A stretch of DNA of 64,000 nt from Diadema antillarum (lineage: Eukaryota). The notes beneath the pieces are model-generated. The model was not told where the DNA came from, made no database searches, and was given only the letters and a program-made list of their open reading frames with translations. Of this stretch, positions 23,861-37,290 are shown piece after piece. The DNA lies in the NCBI RefSeq assembly GCF_040938485.1, contig NW_027271112.1, forward strand, positions 434,001 through 498,000, written 5' to 3'. The position numbers were made by a program, and so were the translations under genes. Positions within the stretch are counted from its first letter, which is position 1; each line of letters opens with the position of its first letter.

Positions 23861-24507
23861 TGGCAGAACAAAAAACCGAAACTTTTTGCTCTTACCTTGG
23901 CCTCACCGTCATACAGCTTGGCTGGAGACTTACAAGTTATCAGAAATTGAACAGAGGCAGAGGAAAGCCTAGCATCAGTACACTATTGTCATCAAATTTC
24001 ACTTGGATTCATTGTATTATCGCAAGCTGTTTTATAGTACAGTGTACACAGAATTTAGAGGGGAAAATTATATTATGTAGTTCATGCAGTTGAAAATAAA
24101 AAGCAAAACACTGTACCTGGTAAACACACTAAGAAAATAGTAAATCCCGATTCTGTCAGGTTGGTTTATGAAATAAGAAAGTAAGAAAATAAATAAATGA
24201 ATAAATAGATAAATAAAAAGTAATGAAATCCAGTGGGTCAGTGATCAGGCTTGAAAAAAAAGACACTCACATTCAAACATAATCAAATGCCACTTACGAT
24301 CAGACACAAGTTGACTTGTCATTTCATTTAATATGCAGCAATTGACAGATCTTGTTTGCAGTTTAATTCACTTGATCATTGCAATGCCAAAATATTTGGT
24401 AATGTTCACCTACAGGCCCAACATTCGGTTATGTTCTCAATGGTTTTGTATTTTCTTTTGCAAAATCACAATGATATGAAATTATATTTCAAAGCTCTGT
24501 TTATTTT

Positions 24508-24880
24508 AAAGGCATAATTTACCATTTGCAGATGAAATAAAAACCCAGCATTTATGCTTCAAAAGAGTTCCAAAATGTGAGTTAGGGATAGAAACAACCA
24601 ATGTAAAAATTTGAATTAGTACAATAATCAATGTTAAGTATTGTTAGATACCAGGTACGCAAAATGTGAACTATGGTTGTAATAAAAATGTTTCCTGACT
24701 AAACTGTCTACAGTTACAGTTTATTGAGAAAAATAGTGATATCTCCTTTTATTTTAGGTTCTATTGCAAAATTCTTAGATGGTAGGATGTTTTGTGATAC
24801 AAGTGACCTACACATATGCATCAAATGTGATATCTTGTATATTTTTTAAATCACTGCCCCCAAAGGTAAACAGGACCTTT
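24508..24880. mobile_element. Kolobok-like MITE (TTTAAA target)
   Basis: TTAAAGGCATAATTTACC...GGACCTTTAA. A second copy at 49641-50525 carries a nested insertion. Confidence 0.7.
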
Positions 24881-25252
24881 AATCAATAGGATACTCTTTT
24901 GTTATCTTTTGAAATGCAATATGGAATCAGAAGGCTAACAATTATTAGGACATGGGTTTTAGAATCTCTATGATCTGATTGGTCAATTATCATGCATTGA
25001 TTTTTACTGATCCACACCGAGCCATGCGTCCGGTAAAATCTGAACGCATGACTCAAGCAAGTCTTGTATTACAACACATCTACCGGATGCATGATGCTGG
25101 AAAAGGTTGAATACCATGAATTTACTGGCCAATATAAATGAATGATGCGCAGGCCTGTTTCATGGATCAGTGAGAATTTGAAGCTCTCATTCAACTTTGG
25201 AACAGTCTAAAACCCACTCACTGCGCTCATGGGTTTAAATAGTCCCAAAGTT

Positions 25253-25668
25253 TAAATAGATGGTATACAATATTGTGTAGTTTCATTTGAGACTTGGCTT
25301 CAGGTTTTTAACCTTTTGAAATGAGGAGAAACCTCTTCTGAAATATGAAAGAATATGTAACTTCAAGAGGAATTCAACATTTGTTTGAAGAAAATTGGTT
25401 TTGAAATTTTCCAGATATGCAAACAAAGTGATCCAAATAAAAGGTGGGACCCACCTTTATTAGGATTGCTTTGTTTTACCTTGTTTTTGGATATATCAGC
25501 CATTTCAAAACTGATTTTAATTTTTAAAAATAACCAAAAAAAACCCCTGTGAATCCCTTTTAGAATGGTATACTCTGTAACATTTCACAAGTGGTTTCTT
25601 AGTATCTCGCAAAAAGTTAAATGCTCATGCAGTCCTCATCTCCACCAATACTATACCATCTCTTTAAA
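25253..25668. mobile_element. Kolobok-like MITE
   Basis: TTTAAATAGATGGTATA ... TATACCATCTCTTTAAA inverted termini. Confidence 0.6.
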
Positions 25669-26269
25669 TCGCACTTCCGATTCTCATCGATCCACTCTGT
25701 CCTGTGCATCATTTGTATATCGATATACACAATTATGATATGTTTCACTTACTATAATCTAATCACATGATGACATGCTTTGCGTTATCACATTCTCAGT
25801 ATAGCTTTTTTGATTCTCGGTAGAGTTATTCACAGCAAAGTAAATGTATACACTTTCAGAGTAACTTGACCAACTTATAACAGATGTGAGTCTGGTGGCT
25901 TTGGGGTATTATGCAGAATGTTCCATTCTTGATGTTTCGTGCACATGAAGGGTTACGAGTTTCTTGAGTTTGTATCGGGAGTTTTCATCGGGAACTTTTC
26001 ACGCCTGTCTCTGTATTGGATTTTCAAACATCGGAAAAGAGCATTGTGTGTACAACATATTTCCTTCCCCGCTTGTCTTTTGATGATGTGATGATACAGT
26101 AATTGTGTGATGAGTAGGCAACCCTACCAGTACAATAAGTGCAAAGTCATCACATTCACTTTAAAACAGTGATCGGACTTGTCAGTCAGTTGTTTCATGT
26201 AGATTTTAAAGTGAACAAGTGGTGATTACGGGAACAATGAGTCCTGCGCTCAAATACATGTAGTGTGTT

Positions 26270-26771
26270 AAAGGACAAGTCCACCTTCAAATACATGTGG
26301 ATTGAGTGAATGCAGCAATATTTCTAGAACACATCAGTGAAAGTTGGGGGAAAGTCGGACAATCCGTTCAAAGGTTATGAATTTTTAAAGTATCTGCACA
26401 GTCACTGCTGGATGAGAAGACTACTAGAATGTATGATGTCACAATGTGTACAACGATATAAGGAAAAAATAAAGAGAATTTAACAAAATTTCACTTTTTG
26501 AAAGAAGTGCACATTTCCTCGACTCGTCACTGACATATATTGTGGGTAATATTATTCCCGTGCCCCGTGCCTGAAAAAGGGAAGTCAAGCGTTCTTTTAC
26601 TATGCGAGAAAAGTAAAAAGTATTAGTCTTCTCATCCAGCAGTGACTAAGCTGAAAGTTCAAATATTCATAACTTTTAAACAGATTGTCCGATTTTCCTC
26701 AAACATTTGCTGATGTGTTCTAATAGTATTGCTGCAAAATCCACATGTCTATGAAGGTGAACTTGTTCTTT
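26270..26771. mobile_element. Kolobok-like MITE
   Basis: About 34-bp imperfect TIRs: AAAGGACAAGTCCACCTTCAAATACATGTGGATT / AAAGAACAAGTTCACCTTCATAGACATGTGGATT. Confidence 0.75.
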
Positions 26772-27261
26772 GAATAATGGCGACATACACTGAGAGTTTA
26801 AAAACCTACAACCGGTTATCATCCCCTGTATTACGCACTCATTATTGGGGGAAAGTTGAGAATGTTTATTTATTTTTATTTTTGTCACTACAGGATCTTA
26901 GTTCACCTAAAACCATTCTAGTGCTGATTGAATTTACTTAATTGTACTGTCGCCGATCGTGACGTGAAAGGATCCGCCACACCAATCTACTTTTGTTTTT
27001 AGTTTTAGAGTTCACTCATGAGCGGATAGGAGCGGATACACATGTCAAATGTGTCTATAGCCACAATCTGGCGCTAATGTGAAGTAATGCACTACACTGC
27101 ATGATAAACCATCAGCTTCTAAAAATATACTTGATAGCCTAAGCGACTATGGAAGGGAAGTGGACTTCGGACTTCTTACTATCTGTAAACATATGTATCA
27201 ATGTAGCATGCTTGGTCGTCTACAGCTGATGTATGGTTTGCAACTTTAGGCCAACGCTAAG

Positions 27262-28164
27262 ATGGCTGGAGTTTCTCCGTCGAGCCTCTGGCCTCGGCCG
27301 TTCTGGATACTCCTTGTTCTTGCATTTTCACCTGGACCTCTCGTTCAAGCTTCCAGGTTTTTGCTTCCCGCCACCTCCCTGGCCATCGCCAAGAGTCACT
27401 ATATGGGACTAAGCACTATCACAAGAGAACTGGTACTACGAGGACATGAAGTCACTTTCCTGCTCCTTGACAGGCGGGGAACGGCTGGCATGCTAGAAGG
27501 CTCTTACACCGACAACATCACTTACCCAAACTCGAAATCTGATGAGGAACTAGCCGCGGTATGGAGAGACATGACAGATGCAATGGACAATTACTCAAGT
27601 TGGACCATATCGCAGACTGTCAAGAAGATTTCAAAATTATACGATAATCTGTACTTTGGTTGCTACGAGCTATTCCAGCATGGGGAAACCTTGGGAAAGC
27701 TGGAGGCGAAAAAGTTTGATATGGTGCTGTCCTCTCCAGTGGCAGATGCTTGTGACGCTGTGATCAGTGCTTATTTTGATGTATCCTTAGCTGTAGTCAC
27801 AGGATCCCGACGAAGTCCGTCTTTCAACGAAGACATCTTCGGCATACCCGTTCCAAGCTCGTACACCCCATACAGCCTCGCTCTTCAGCTCCCAGCCAAC
27901 ATGAATTTCTGGCAGCGGTTGGCAAATTTTGTGACACGATACACCATTCATCCCGTGATTGAGTATTTCGTGATAACTCTGCCAGTCGGCAGGCTGCAGG
28001 AGATGTATGACATCAGAAGAGACCTTATTCCGAAGCAACTGCTTCAGAGGGCCGACCTCTGGTTGTGTCACACCACTTTTGCACTGGACTCTGCCCGACC
28101 CATTACGCCAAACTGGGTTCCTATAGCTGGATTTACCACCAAACCACTTAATCCTCTGCCACAG
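27262..28164 (+). CDS. UDP-glucuronosyltransferase-family variable first exon 1a (signal peptide + acceptor-binding domain), intact, 903 nt
   Basis: ATG 27262, hydrophobic signal peptide, KSHY catalytic-His motif, ELVLRGHEVT, FDMVL, GIPVPSSYTP, MNFWQRLAN, ADLWL..T.FALDSARP.TPNWVPIAG. Ends PLPQ at phase-0 donor CAG|GTACCG. No constant exons found before the next first exon. Confidence 0.88.
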
Positions 28165-28599
28165 GTACCGACATAAACTTCGCATTTTCCTATAGGTGTT
28201 CCGATCATGCCCCGAATCAAGGGTCGTTTTTTCCTATTAAAATTCCTATCTATTCACCATCACCAGGGTTACTCATTTCCCTTTTAGTGAAAATCGTTGG
28301 CTGTATGTATGATTATACATGAAATTAGGTTCATTTTTAGTTGTCAAAATTGACATCAGTGCAGCGCACCACAACCATTCCCAGTGACGTCACACAGGCA
28401 TGAGTTCATGCACTGCTGATGACGGCTGTCCAGAACGTAACAGGTGCATTCCTTTAATAGTCCAAAGAATGGACGGCTATTCATGAAGTGAAAAAAAAAA
28501 ATCTCTGACAGTTCTTCTGTCTTCTGCCTTAAACGAATGTAGAGAGCCATGCGTTCTCTGCGAAGCTGTTGAGACCATCCTGACTGCATGTTATCGGCT

Positions 28600-29790
28600 G
28601 ACGATCAGAGATAATCGTCTACTTAGAGCTCAAAACATATGAAAAGCCGTATAAAGAGTCCAGTTTTTTTTATTCATCCCTTTCCAAGTAGGTCGTGACG
28701 AACAAATCTCTTTGTAAGGGTCTAGTCAGGTGCAGATAGAGGATGCTCGCGACATTCTGTAGCTGCGGACGATTTTCCTTAGTAGATTGACAGTTCTGTC
28801 AGCCGTCGCCTCTATGAGTTCGCAAATGCTGTGTGCTTAGACGAGAAAAGCGCACTGACCTCATCCGTGGAATGCCATTTGAACAACATCTGCAGGGAAT
28901 GAGAGCCCATAATTATGTTCACCATCTCCGCAATGGTGTATTCATAGAACAGAATGATGATAGGACATCTTCAATGGATTCAGATACGAGTATGATGGGT
29001 TGACTTTGGTAATGTCTAGGCCCTTCTCGCCGTTGACTTTCCTCCACTACAACATGAGTTCCTATATAGTTTCTGCTCGGAATCCGCCATGATGACCGTA
29101 TAGTTACATCGAAGATTATTAAATATACTTTCCCGACAGAAAACCCCACGATTACTATGTGTACAATAACGAAAGCAAGTTTGGCGGCATGATGCAACTT
29201 TGTCTTATATCATGTATATTGTACTTCCGTCCTCACCGACACAGTCATGCTTTATACTCCACTGTATCTGACCTGTTAGTCACAATGCACGTTTTTTGAT
29301 AAGTTCTACATTATTATGGGAGGGGTGGGGCATCAATATCTAATGCTGATAGTTACTATATCGACCGTCGATGCATATGCTTGCCACGGTGAAAAGTCTT
29401 GGCCATTAGTCAACGAAGCACACATCAAGATCGGCGGTCTGCATTTCACTTATATTACTTTACCTGTCCATCATTCTCCAGACAAAGGTGGTTTTTCTTG
29501 ACACCGAGTATAGATTCGTCTTCACAATCTCTTTGTAAGGAAAGTTCTTGGTAATTACCGTAAACTAAGCTCACCCTGCCTACTTCTGCTCCATATAAGT
29601 CTACCATCTGCCGGAGATCCGAAAGTCTTTCTGTGCCCGTTGTATACTATAGCGAGGCCTCCGGGATCTCAGCGGCAATATAGATTCTCTGAACAAGAGG
29701 TGGGATAGCGTTCTTCCTATAGGAGAGAGATGGCTTCGATAAAGACAGACAGTCCGTCATGGTCTTCTTGAGCCCTTCTCTGTATACTTG
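28600..29790 (-). pseudogene. decayed coding-like sequence of unknown family inside the UGT duplication unit (copy 1)
   Basis: GC-richer block with protein-like fragments on the minus strand (QPIILVSESIEDVLSSFCSM; TERLSDLRQMVDLYGAEVG..LQRDCEDESILG), broken by stops and indels. Paralogous to 35980-37290. Confidence 0.35.
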
Positions 29791-32700
29791 ATTGTTTGTT
29801 TGTTTGTTTGCTTCTATCTTTTTTTGTATTCCTTTTTTTTTTTGTATTTTCCATCTGACTTGGCTGGCTGGATAGCCCATATTCCGCTGCAAACAGTGTA
29901 GTTGGTCTTCCATGGGACCCAGATGTTGTATATAGGAGGCGGTACAGGTACGTCGAAGTTATGCACCCTGTGTTCATTACAGTACTGTGAATGGAGCGGG
30001 TTGTGGCTCTCTCACGCATGTGACACACAGGACTTCAATCTGTGCGAGGCAGAGGTGTTTTTTTAATGAAAAACACAGCATTGCTCAGTAAGACTCAATA
30101 TGGGCTCGAACTCGCAATTTTCATTTTCGAGAACATTTTTCTTGTCGCAGTGAAATTTTTAACATGTTGAAAAAATCTTTGGAACAAGAACTTTGCAATG
30201 ATAAACGCGCTTTCGATGTTGATTACATCTGTTAACGAATTTGAATGCAACTGTTTACGAACTTTGATGAAATACAAAATTCGCTACATAACATTTTCAA
30301 ACATTCACCGCTCAGTGAGACAACCCCTTAACAAGACACGTGTTTCCTAAAGGGGGTATCTCACTGAGCAACGAATTATTGCGGCTGCACAGTGAGATAC
30401 CCCCTTTACAGGACACTTTCCCTTTCTGGAAAAAACATTTGCTCTCATAGGCTCATATACTGTGCGTATTTTGGCTGGCTCATCGAAAGACCATTCCAAG
30501 TCATACAATCATAAACGAGATACTGTATGTCTGTATTTTATGTCTGTACATGTACACTATATGTTTGTGTTTAATGTCCTTACTTTCACACGAGATGTAC
30601 CACAACCCGTCGCAGTTAATTTGATTAGATCTATAATCAGTGACACGAGAGTCAGACGAGACGCAAAAATTAGATATGACTTCAAATATTTTTTTTTTCT
30701 ATTGAATGAATGCATTAGAAATATGCGCTACAGAACCAACCAAAGCTATAGACGTCAAAAGATGGGATAACTACATTGTAGACACATTCTATGAACCTAT
30801 ACTCTTAGAGTATGATAACTGGAAGAGAAAGGAGAAAGGTGAACAAGTGATTCAGGTCAACGATGCTGTGATCTGATTGATTTTTTTTTCTCGATATTTC
30901 CTGCTGTTTCCTGCATACCGCTGGGAAAGTAAAGTCCCCTTCGTGGACACTGTGCCTTATATGCCGTATAAGGGTCAAAGCCACACCAGTGTACATCCCA
31001 CATGCCCCATCCCACCCCCAAATGATGAAAGGTTTCTGCACAGATGGAAAGAACGAATCCGATGACGGAAACAACCTTATATGATAGGGATATTTCCAGC
31101 AGCATAACAAGAGCAAAATCCCATGATTTTTTCTCGTTGTTGTTTCTTATACATTGTATAAAAAAACAGTCATGTATTGTGTGGCAGACCGGTCAGACTG
31201 GCGGTGTGTTTGCGCGTTTTGCACTTTTTTGAAAGGTGCTTTGTGAATTGATATAAATGAATAGAAAAAGGATATATTTATTTATTTAGTTATTTATATG
31301 ATGTATGCATGGTTTGTTTACACGCGAAATGTATTTATGTACTATATATTCATAGGATATCACACACAAATCTTCAACACAAAGCGAATGTGTGTTCACC
31401 CTATAGAGTGACTCATTGTACGTACAATAATTGACAATGTGTGTATTATGTTTACATGCACACACGCGCTGGCATACACAGTTTATGTTTTTTGTATAAT
31501 AGAATATTGATGACATAAGGCACACATGACTGGGCGTTACTTTGGATTATTAAGTTGTATTACAACATCCTCCCACTAAGTCCAAACTTTGACGTTAATC
31601 GTTACAAAAACGGCCGTTTTAGATAAAGACGTCTAAAAAAAAATGATCAAATTTTTATAAAGGCCCTAATTTCTAGAGAGGAAATGCATGAAGGTGTATT
31701 TGAAAGCCGCAGTGATAGAAGTAGTAGGTGATATTCTTAAACAAATCTTGAGGTAAATCACTCGCCAAGGAACAAATCGTGATAATGTGACCTTAGGAGG
31801 GCACACAGATCCTACAGATTTGTCTGGTTTCTTAGGCTACCCGAAACCATGCTGAGGACGTGGGATCCGTGAGATCATGGGGCTGTTATTTCTCGTTACG
31901 TGCCATGGGAGAAACAAAAGGCATTTGTACATGTTTTCGTCCCCGATTTAGCCAACCACTGATCCTATAGGTCCACTCTGAACAATGCGTCTTGAGGTGG
32001 ATTGATCAGAAGCACTGGGCTGCAACTGACACAAGGAGGTGATGCCCCGCCCACATCCCTTCCATCCCCCCCCCCCCCCCCCGCACAAACACACACATCA
32101 CCCCATCCTCCCACGGGTATCCGTAGACCTACACCCTTCTTCCATTCAAACATTCTCCATAACGTCTGAGACGATAGGATGTAGGTCGTGGTACGCGAGT
32201 ACCGACCCAGTTTAATTGAGATATAATGTGGAATTAAAGTGTCTACTGTATACTTCGCATTAAGTCAAGGGTCGTCACAGTCTGAAAACTTAACGATCTT
32301 ATTCCATGTCCCAGACTTCCTATAATGACTTTTATCAAAATCGAAACTCCGTTTTCCGCTTATGATTTCTGGTTTTCTTCAAAGTTTTTCTTTTCTTTTC
32401 TTTTCTTTTCGCATTGATACTTGGTCCAGTTAGTTACTGTTGACGTTTTGTGAGAATTTGCGGTCTGAAAAGCATTTCATCATATTAATTGTGTTATCTT
32501 TGATGAGTTAACTGAGATAATAAGGTTATCTTCTACGGTCCTCGGCTTGTCCGTCTCTCTGCTTACGCTGTTCAGTGAGTCATCTTTTTTTTGATATGTG
32601 GGGTTTGCAAAGTCGTGGTATAAAGGTACACTTAAATATTAACTGTGTATGATATCGCAAAGAAGACATTCTTTTTTCTGACTGTACGTGTTGGTACGAT

Positions 32701-33666
32701 AATTTATAAGAACAGTGATGAATGCCGTTATTGTACCCGTAATTGCTTTTGTGTTGTTGTTTTGTGGATGTGTGTGTTTGTGTGTTGTATCTTATTCTTG
32801 CATTTGGTCGCTTCTCACTTACTTTGTGTTTTTGTTTGCTTGCTTTTTCCAAGTGCTGGTTTGCAAAGAGGTATTTTACTGGTGTGGATCAACGCGCGAA
32901 TTCAAACGCAAATATACCACCCAAGATCCGTAAGACTTGTGATTTCATTTCGCGGCACTTCGACTTGACAAATCTTGTCGTGATTTGATACACTATATTT
33001 GGTTACGAAATAACAAGATAACTTAACCACATTTTATATTGTTATGTTCTCCAATGGGGGATTATTCTTTTTCGCATATAGTGTCAAATAAAGCACCAAA
33101 TAATTGATCAAAACTATACGTCAATAATAGATATATAGAGTACCAACTTTTTTGTATTTTATATGATACGCAGAAATTTCAGGAAGACAATTACAATTCC
33201 CACTATGTACAGAATTGTGATCTGTTCCAATGATATGCCCCGTTATGTAGACTTACTCGCCTGACAATATTAATATGTATATATACTCATACGCAGAAGC
33301 TCTTGTCAATTACTTTGAGGCTCAATAGGGTTTCCCGACAGTTCATGCACATGAAACCATTTTTGCACTGGTTTTATGTATACTATCACAGAGGCAATGC
33401 TAAGAAACTGTCGATAATGCAAATTATCGGACCCGTCTACCTCAATCTAGTTCTGTTTGTTCTTGAGCTCAAGGCAATAATTGGACACAGGAACAGTGAA
33501 CAGAAAGTGCGCTATCACAAATATATCGCTGGTATGATTAATGTGGATATGAATTATAATAGCGCACTCTCCCCCTCAAATACTTTGAAGTGCACTTCAC
33601 ATGATGAAACCATCACCTACAGAAGAAGAAAAGAAATTACAAGCACACATAGCCTCCCGTAGGCCC

Positions 33667-33672
33667 TATAAA
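33667..33672 (+). promoter_or_regulatory. TATA box of UGT exon 1b
   Basis: CC-TATAAA-GGAAGTG about 105 nt upstream of ATG 33776; the context is conserved upstream of all three first exons. Confidence 0.6.
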
Positions 33673-33775
33673 GGAAGTGAACTTTGAACTTATTGTTATG
33701 TGGAAACATTTTGTAGCATGCTGGATCTTCTGCACTGCCACTATCTTTCTAGTCTGCAACACAGTCAGAGCGAAG

Positions 33776-34688
33776 ATGGCTGGAGTTTCTCCGTCGAGTC
33801 TCTGGTTTCGGCCGTTCTTACTCGTTGTTTTTACTTTCCTAGCACATGGACCTTTCATTCAAGCTGCCAGATTTTTGCTTCCCGCTACCTCCCTGGCCAG
33901 CACCAAGAGTCACTATATGGGACTAAGCACGATTTCCAGAGAACTGGTACTACGAGGACATGAAGTCACTTTCCTGCTCCTTGACAGGCGGGGAACGGCT
34001 GGCATGCTGGAAGGCTCTTATACCGACATCATCATCTACCCGAACTCGAAATCCGATGAGGAACTAGCCGCGATAAGGAGAGACATGACAGATGCAATGG
34101 ACAGTTACTCGAATTGGACCATTTCGCAGATTGTCAAGAAGATTTCGGAATTTTACGGTAATCTTCACTTCGGTTGCTATGAACTTTTCCAGCATGAGGA
34201 AACCTTGCAAAAGCTAAAGATGAAAAAGTTTGATATGGTGCTCTCCTTTCCTGTGGTAGATGCTTGTGACGCCGTGATCAGTGCTTACCTGGATGTATCC
34301 TTAGCTATAGTCACAGGAACCCGACGAAGTCCAACTTTCAACGAAGACGTCTTCGGCATACCCGTCCCAAGCTCGTACACCCCATACAGCTTCGCTCTTC
34401 AGCTCCCAGCCAACATGAACTTCCGGCAGCGGTTGGCCAATTTTGTAGCACGATACACAATAAAGTTTTCATCCCGTGATTGAGTATTTCACTATAACTC
34501 TGCCAGTTGGCAGGCTGCAGGAGATGTATGACATCAGAAGAGACCTTGGTAGTCCGAAGCAACTGCTTCAGAGGGCCGATCTCTGGTTGTGTCACACCAC
34601 TTTTGCATTGGACTCTGCCCGACCCATTACACCAAACTGGGTTCCTATAGCGGGATATACCACCAAACCAGTTAAGCCTCTGCCACAG
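33776..34688 (+). pseudogene. UGT variable first exon 1b, frameshifted pseudo-exon (913 nt)
   Basis: Paralogous to 1a and 1c along its length. A net +7 nt change near 34458-34468 gives TGA at 34481-34483. There is also an in-frame +3 (GGT) near 34546. The donor CAG|GTATCG is retained. Confidence 0.88.
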
Positions 34689-35048
34689 GTATCGAGATAA
34701 ATTTCACATTTTCCTGTAGGTGTTCAGATCATGCCCCGAATCAAGGGTCATTTCTACATATAAAAATACTATCTATCCACCATCATCACGGTTACTCATT
34801 TTCCTTGTATATGGTGGAAATCATTGGCTTTATGTATGAGTACACATGAAATTAGGTTCATTTTCCGTTGTCAAAATTGACATCAGTGCAGCGCACCTCA
34901 ACCGTCCCCCAGTGACGTCACACAGGCGTGAGTGCGTGCACTCTGACGGCTGGAATGCAACAGGTGCTTTCCTTAGTCCTAAGAATGGGCGGCCATTCAT
35001 GAAGTGAAAACAAAAAATTTCTGGCAGTTCTTCTGTCCTCTTCCTTAC

Positions 35049-35508
35049 GGCTGCGTTCACATAGAAGTATACTATTCGGGTATTCAGGGCTCATTTTCGA
35101 GGGCACGCGAATACCTTTAATCGAACGATAGGATTTCCTCACACCGCTTCACATAGAGGGCACTATTCGAAAGTACCGAATAGCTGCGAATAGTATAGCA
35201 AAGTGGGAATCGAGCTTGTTCGATTTTCTTGCAGCGTATACCGTCTCTCGTTTACGAAATAATGACAATTTTGGTCTTGATTTGCCCTTTAGCAAAAATA
35301 AGCATGTAGACTGACATTCTGATCCAGTTTCGAAATTGTTAATAAGATTTGCTGCGATGTAGGAGGAAGAAATCCTCACTGCATGGGATGGTGAGTTGAC
35401 GGTGCGGGTGATGGTGTACTCGGTGCCCGAATAGCGAATACCGAATACCGAATGCCGAATACCGAATACCGAATACCGAATACCGAATACCTCTATGTGA
35501 ACGCAGCC
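35049..35508. mobile_element. PIF/Harbinger-like MITE with internal (CCGAATA)n heptamer array
   Basis: TIR GGCTGCGTTCACATAGA at both ends. (CCGAATA)n at about 35425-35490. Absent at the paralogous site near 28530. Confidence 0.8.
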
Positions 35509-35509
35509 T

Positions 35510-35975
35510 AAAGGGACATTTCAGACGATTTTCATAATTTCACATCATATAGTACATAAATCGACAACTCCATGCATTATAGATTTATGGACTTTATTGT
35601 GGTTCTTCAGCAGAGAAACAATACTTTGAAAAACCTTAAACAAATTACACTGAGCAAAAATGATGACATAGGAGGTTCACATATATCAGAAATCAGGCAG
35701 TGTAATTCCATTACAATACCGCTTGCTTTCGAGTTCACCTGTGCATAATCTATGCATGCCTTCTTCTTTTGTTCTGCTTCCTTGAGCCCCAACTCATGCA
35801 TTCTTATGGTGACTCTGCCATGTCACCATCCTTGTTCATTGCAATTTGTTCTAAATTTTGAAAATATTCTTATTCTTCATCTTAATTATCTACAATTCTG
35901 AAACTCTGTCCTAAGTACAACTATTTTATAGTTGTTCTAATGTAAAAATCTGAAAATCATCCGGAGGTCTCCTTT
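35510..35975. mobile_element. Kolobok-like MITE
   Basis: Imperfect TIRs AAGGGACATTTCAGACGATTTTCA / AAGGAGACCTCCGGATGATTTTCA. The paralogous empty site CTTAAACGAATGTAG lies near 28528. Confidence 0.65.
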
Positions 35976-35979
35976 AAAC

Positions 35980-37290
35980 GAGTGTAGAGAGCCATGCGTT
36001 CTCCCGAAGTTGTTGAGATCATCCTGACTGCATAGTATCGGCTGACGATCAGAGATATTCGACTGTTAAGAGCCCAATAATCCATGAAGAGGCGTTTATA
36101 AATAGTCCCGTTCTTCTTCCGCATTCACACAAAGGGAAAAGTAGGGTGAACTTGACTCTGTTCTCCATCCCTTATCATATTGGTCGTGACATACAAATCT
36201 CTTTGTAAGGGTCTAGTCAGGTGCAGATACAGTAAGAGGATGCTCGGAGTACATGTATTCCATAGCTGCGGATGATTTTCTCAGTAGATTGACAGTAATT
36301 GTTCTGTCAGCCGTCGCCCCTATGAGTTTGTAAATGCTGAACGTGTGTTTGGATGAGGTGAACAAGCGCACTGACTTTTCGCTCCCTCATCCACGTGAAT
36401 GCAACTCAAACAACGTCTACGGGTGTGAGAGCCAACGTTTACCATCTCCACAATGGTTTACTCATAGAGCAGAATGATGAGAGGACATCTTCAAGGGATT
36501 CAGATACGAGGATGATGGGTTGACTTTCGTCTAGGCTCTTCTCACCTTTTACTTTTCTCCACTACAACATTGAGTTCCTATAGGTTCCTATATACATTGT
36601 AGTTTCTGCTCGGAATCCGTCATGATGACCGTATCGTTACATCGAAGATTATTGAATACTTAAATATACTTTCCCGACAGAAAACCCCTCGATCACTACA
36701 AATATTATGTACAATAATGAAATCAAGTTTGGCGGCATGATGCAACTTTGTCTTATTGTACTCCCGTCCTCATCGATGCATGCTTTATACTCCACTGTAT
36801 CTGAACTGTTAGTGACAATGAACATTTTTGATAAGTTCTACATAATGGGGGTTGGTAGGGGCATCAATATCTAATGCTGATAGTTATCATATCAACCGTC
36901 GGTGCATGCTTGCCTCGGTGAAAAGTGTTGGCCATTAGTCAAGGAAGCACACATCAAGAATGGCGGTCTGCATTCCACTTATCACTCTACCATCATCCTC
37001 AAAACAAAGATGGCTTTTCTTGATGCCGAGTGTAGATTCGTCTTCACAATCTCTTTGTAAGGAAAGTTCGTGGTAATTACACTAAGCTCAGACTGCCTAC
37101 GTCTGCTCCATAGCTCTCCCATCTGCTGGAGATCCGGAAGTCTTTCTGTGTCCTTTGTAGAGCGAGACTGCCTGTGTCTCAGCAGCACTGGATTCTCCCG
37201 AACAATAGGAGGTGGCATAGCGTTACCCGTAGGAGAGAGACGGCTTCGATAAAGACAGACTGTCCGTCATCATCGGTCTTTGTGAGCTCT
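35980..37290 (-). pseudogene. decayed coding-like sequence inside the UGT duplication unit (copy 2)
   Basis: Colinear paralog of 28600-29790 with different indels. Confidence 0.35.
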
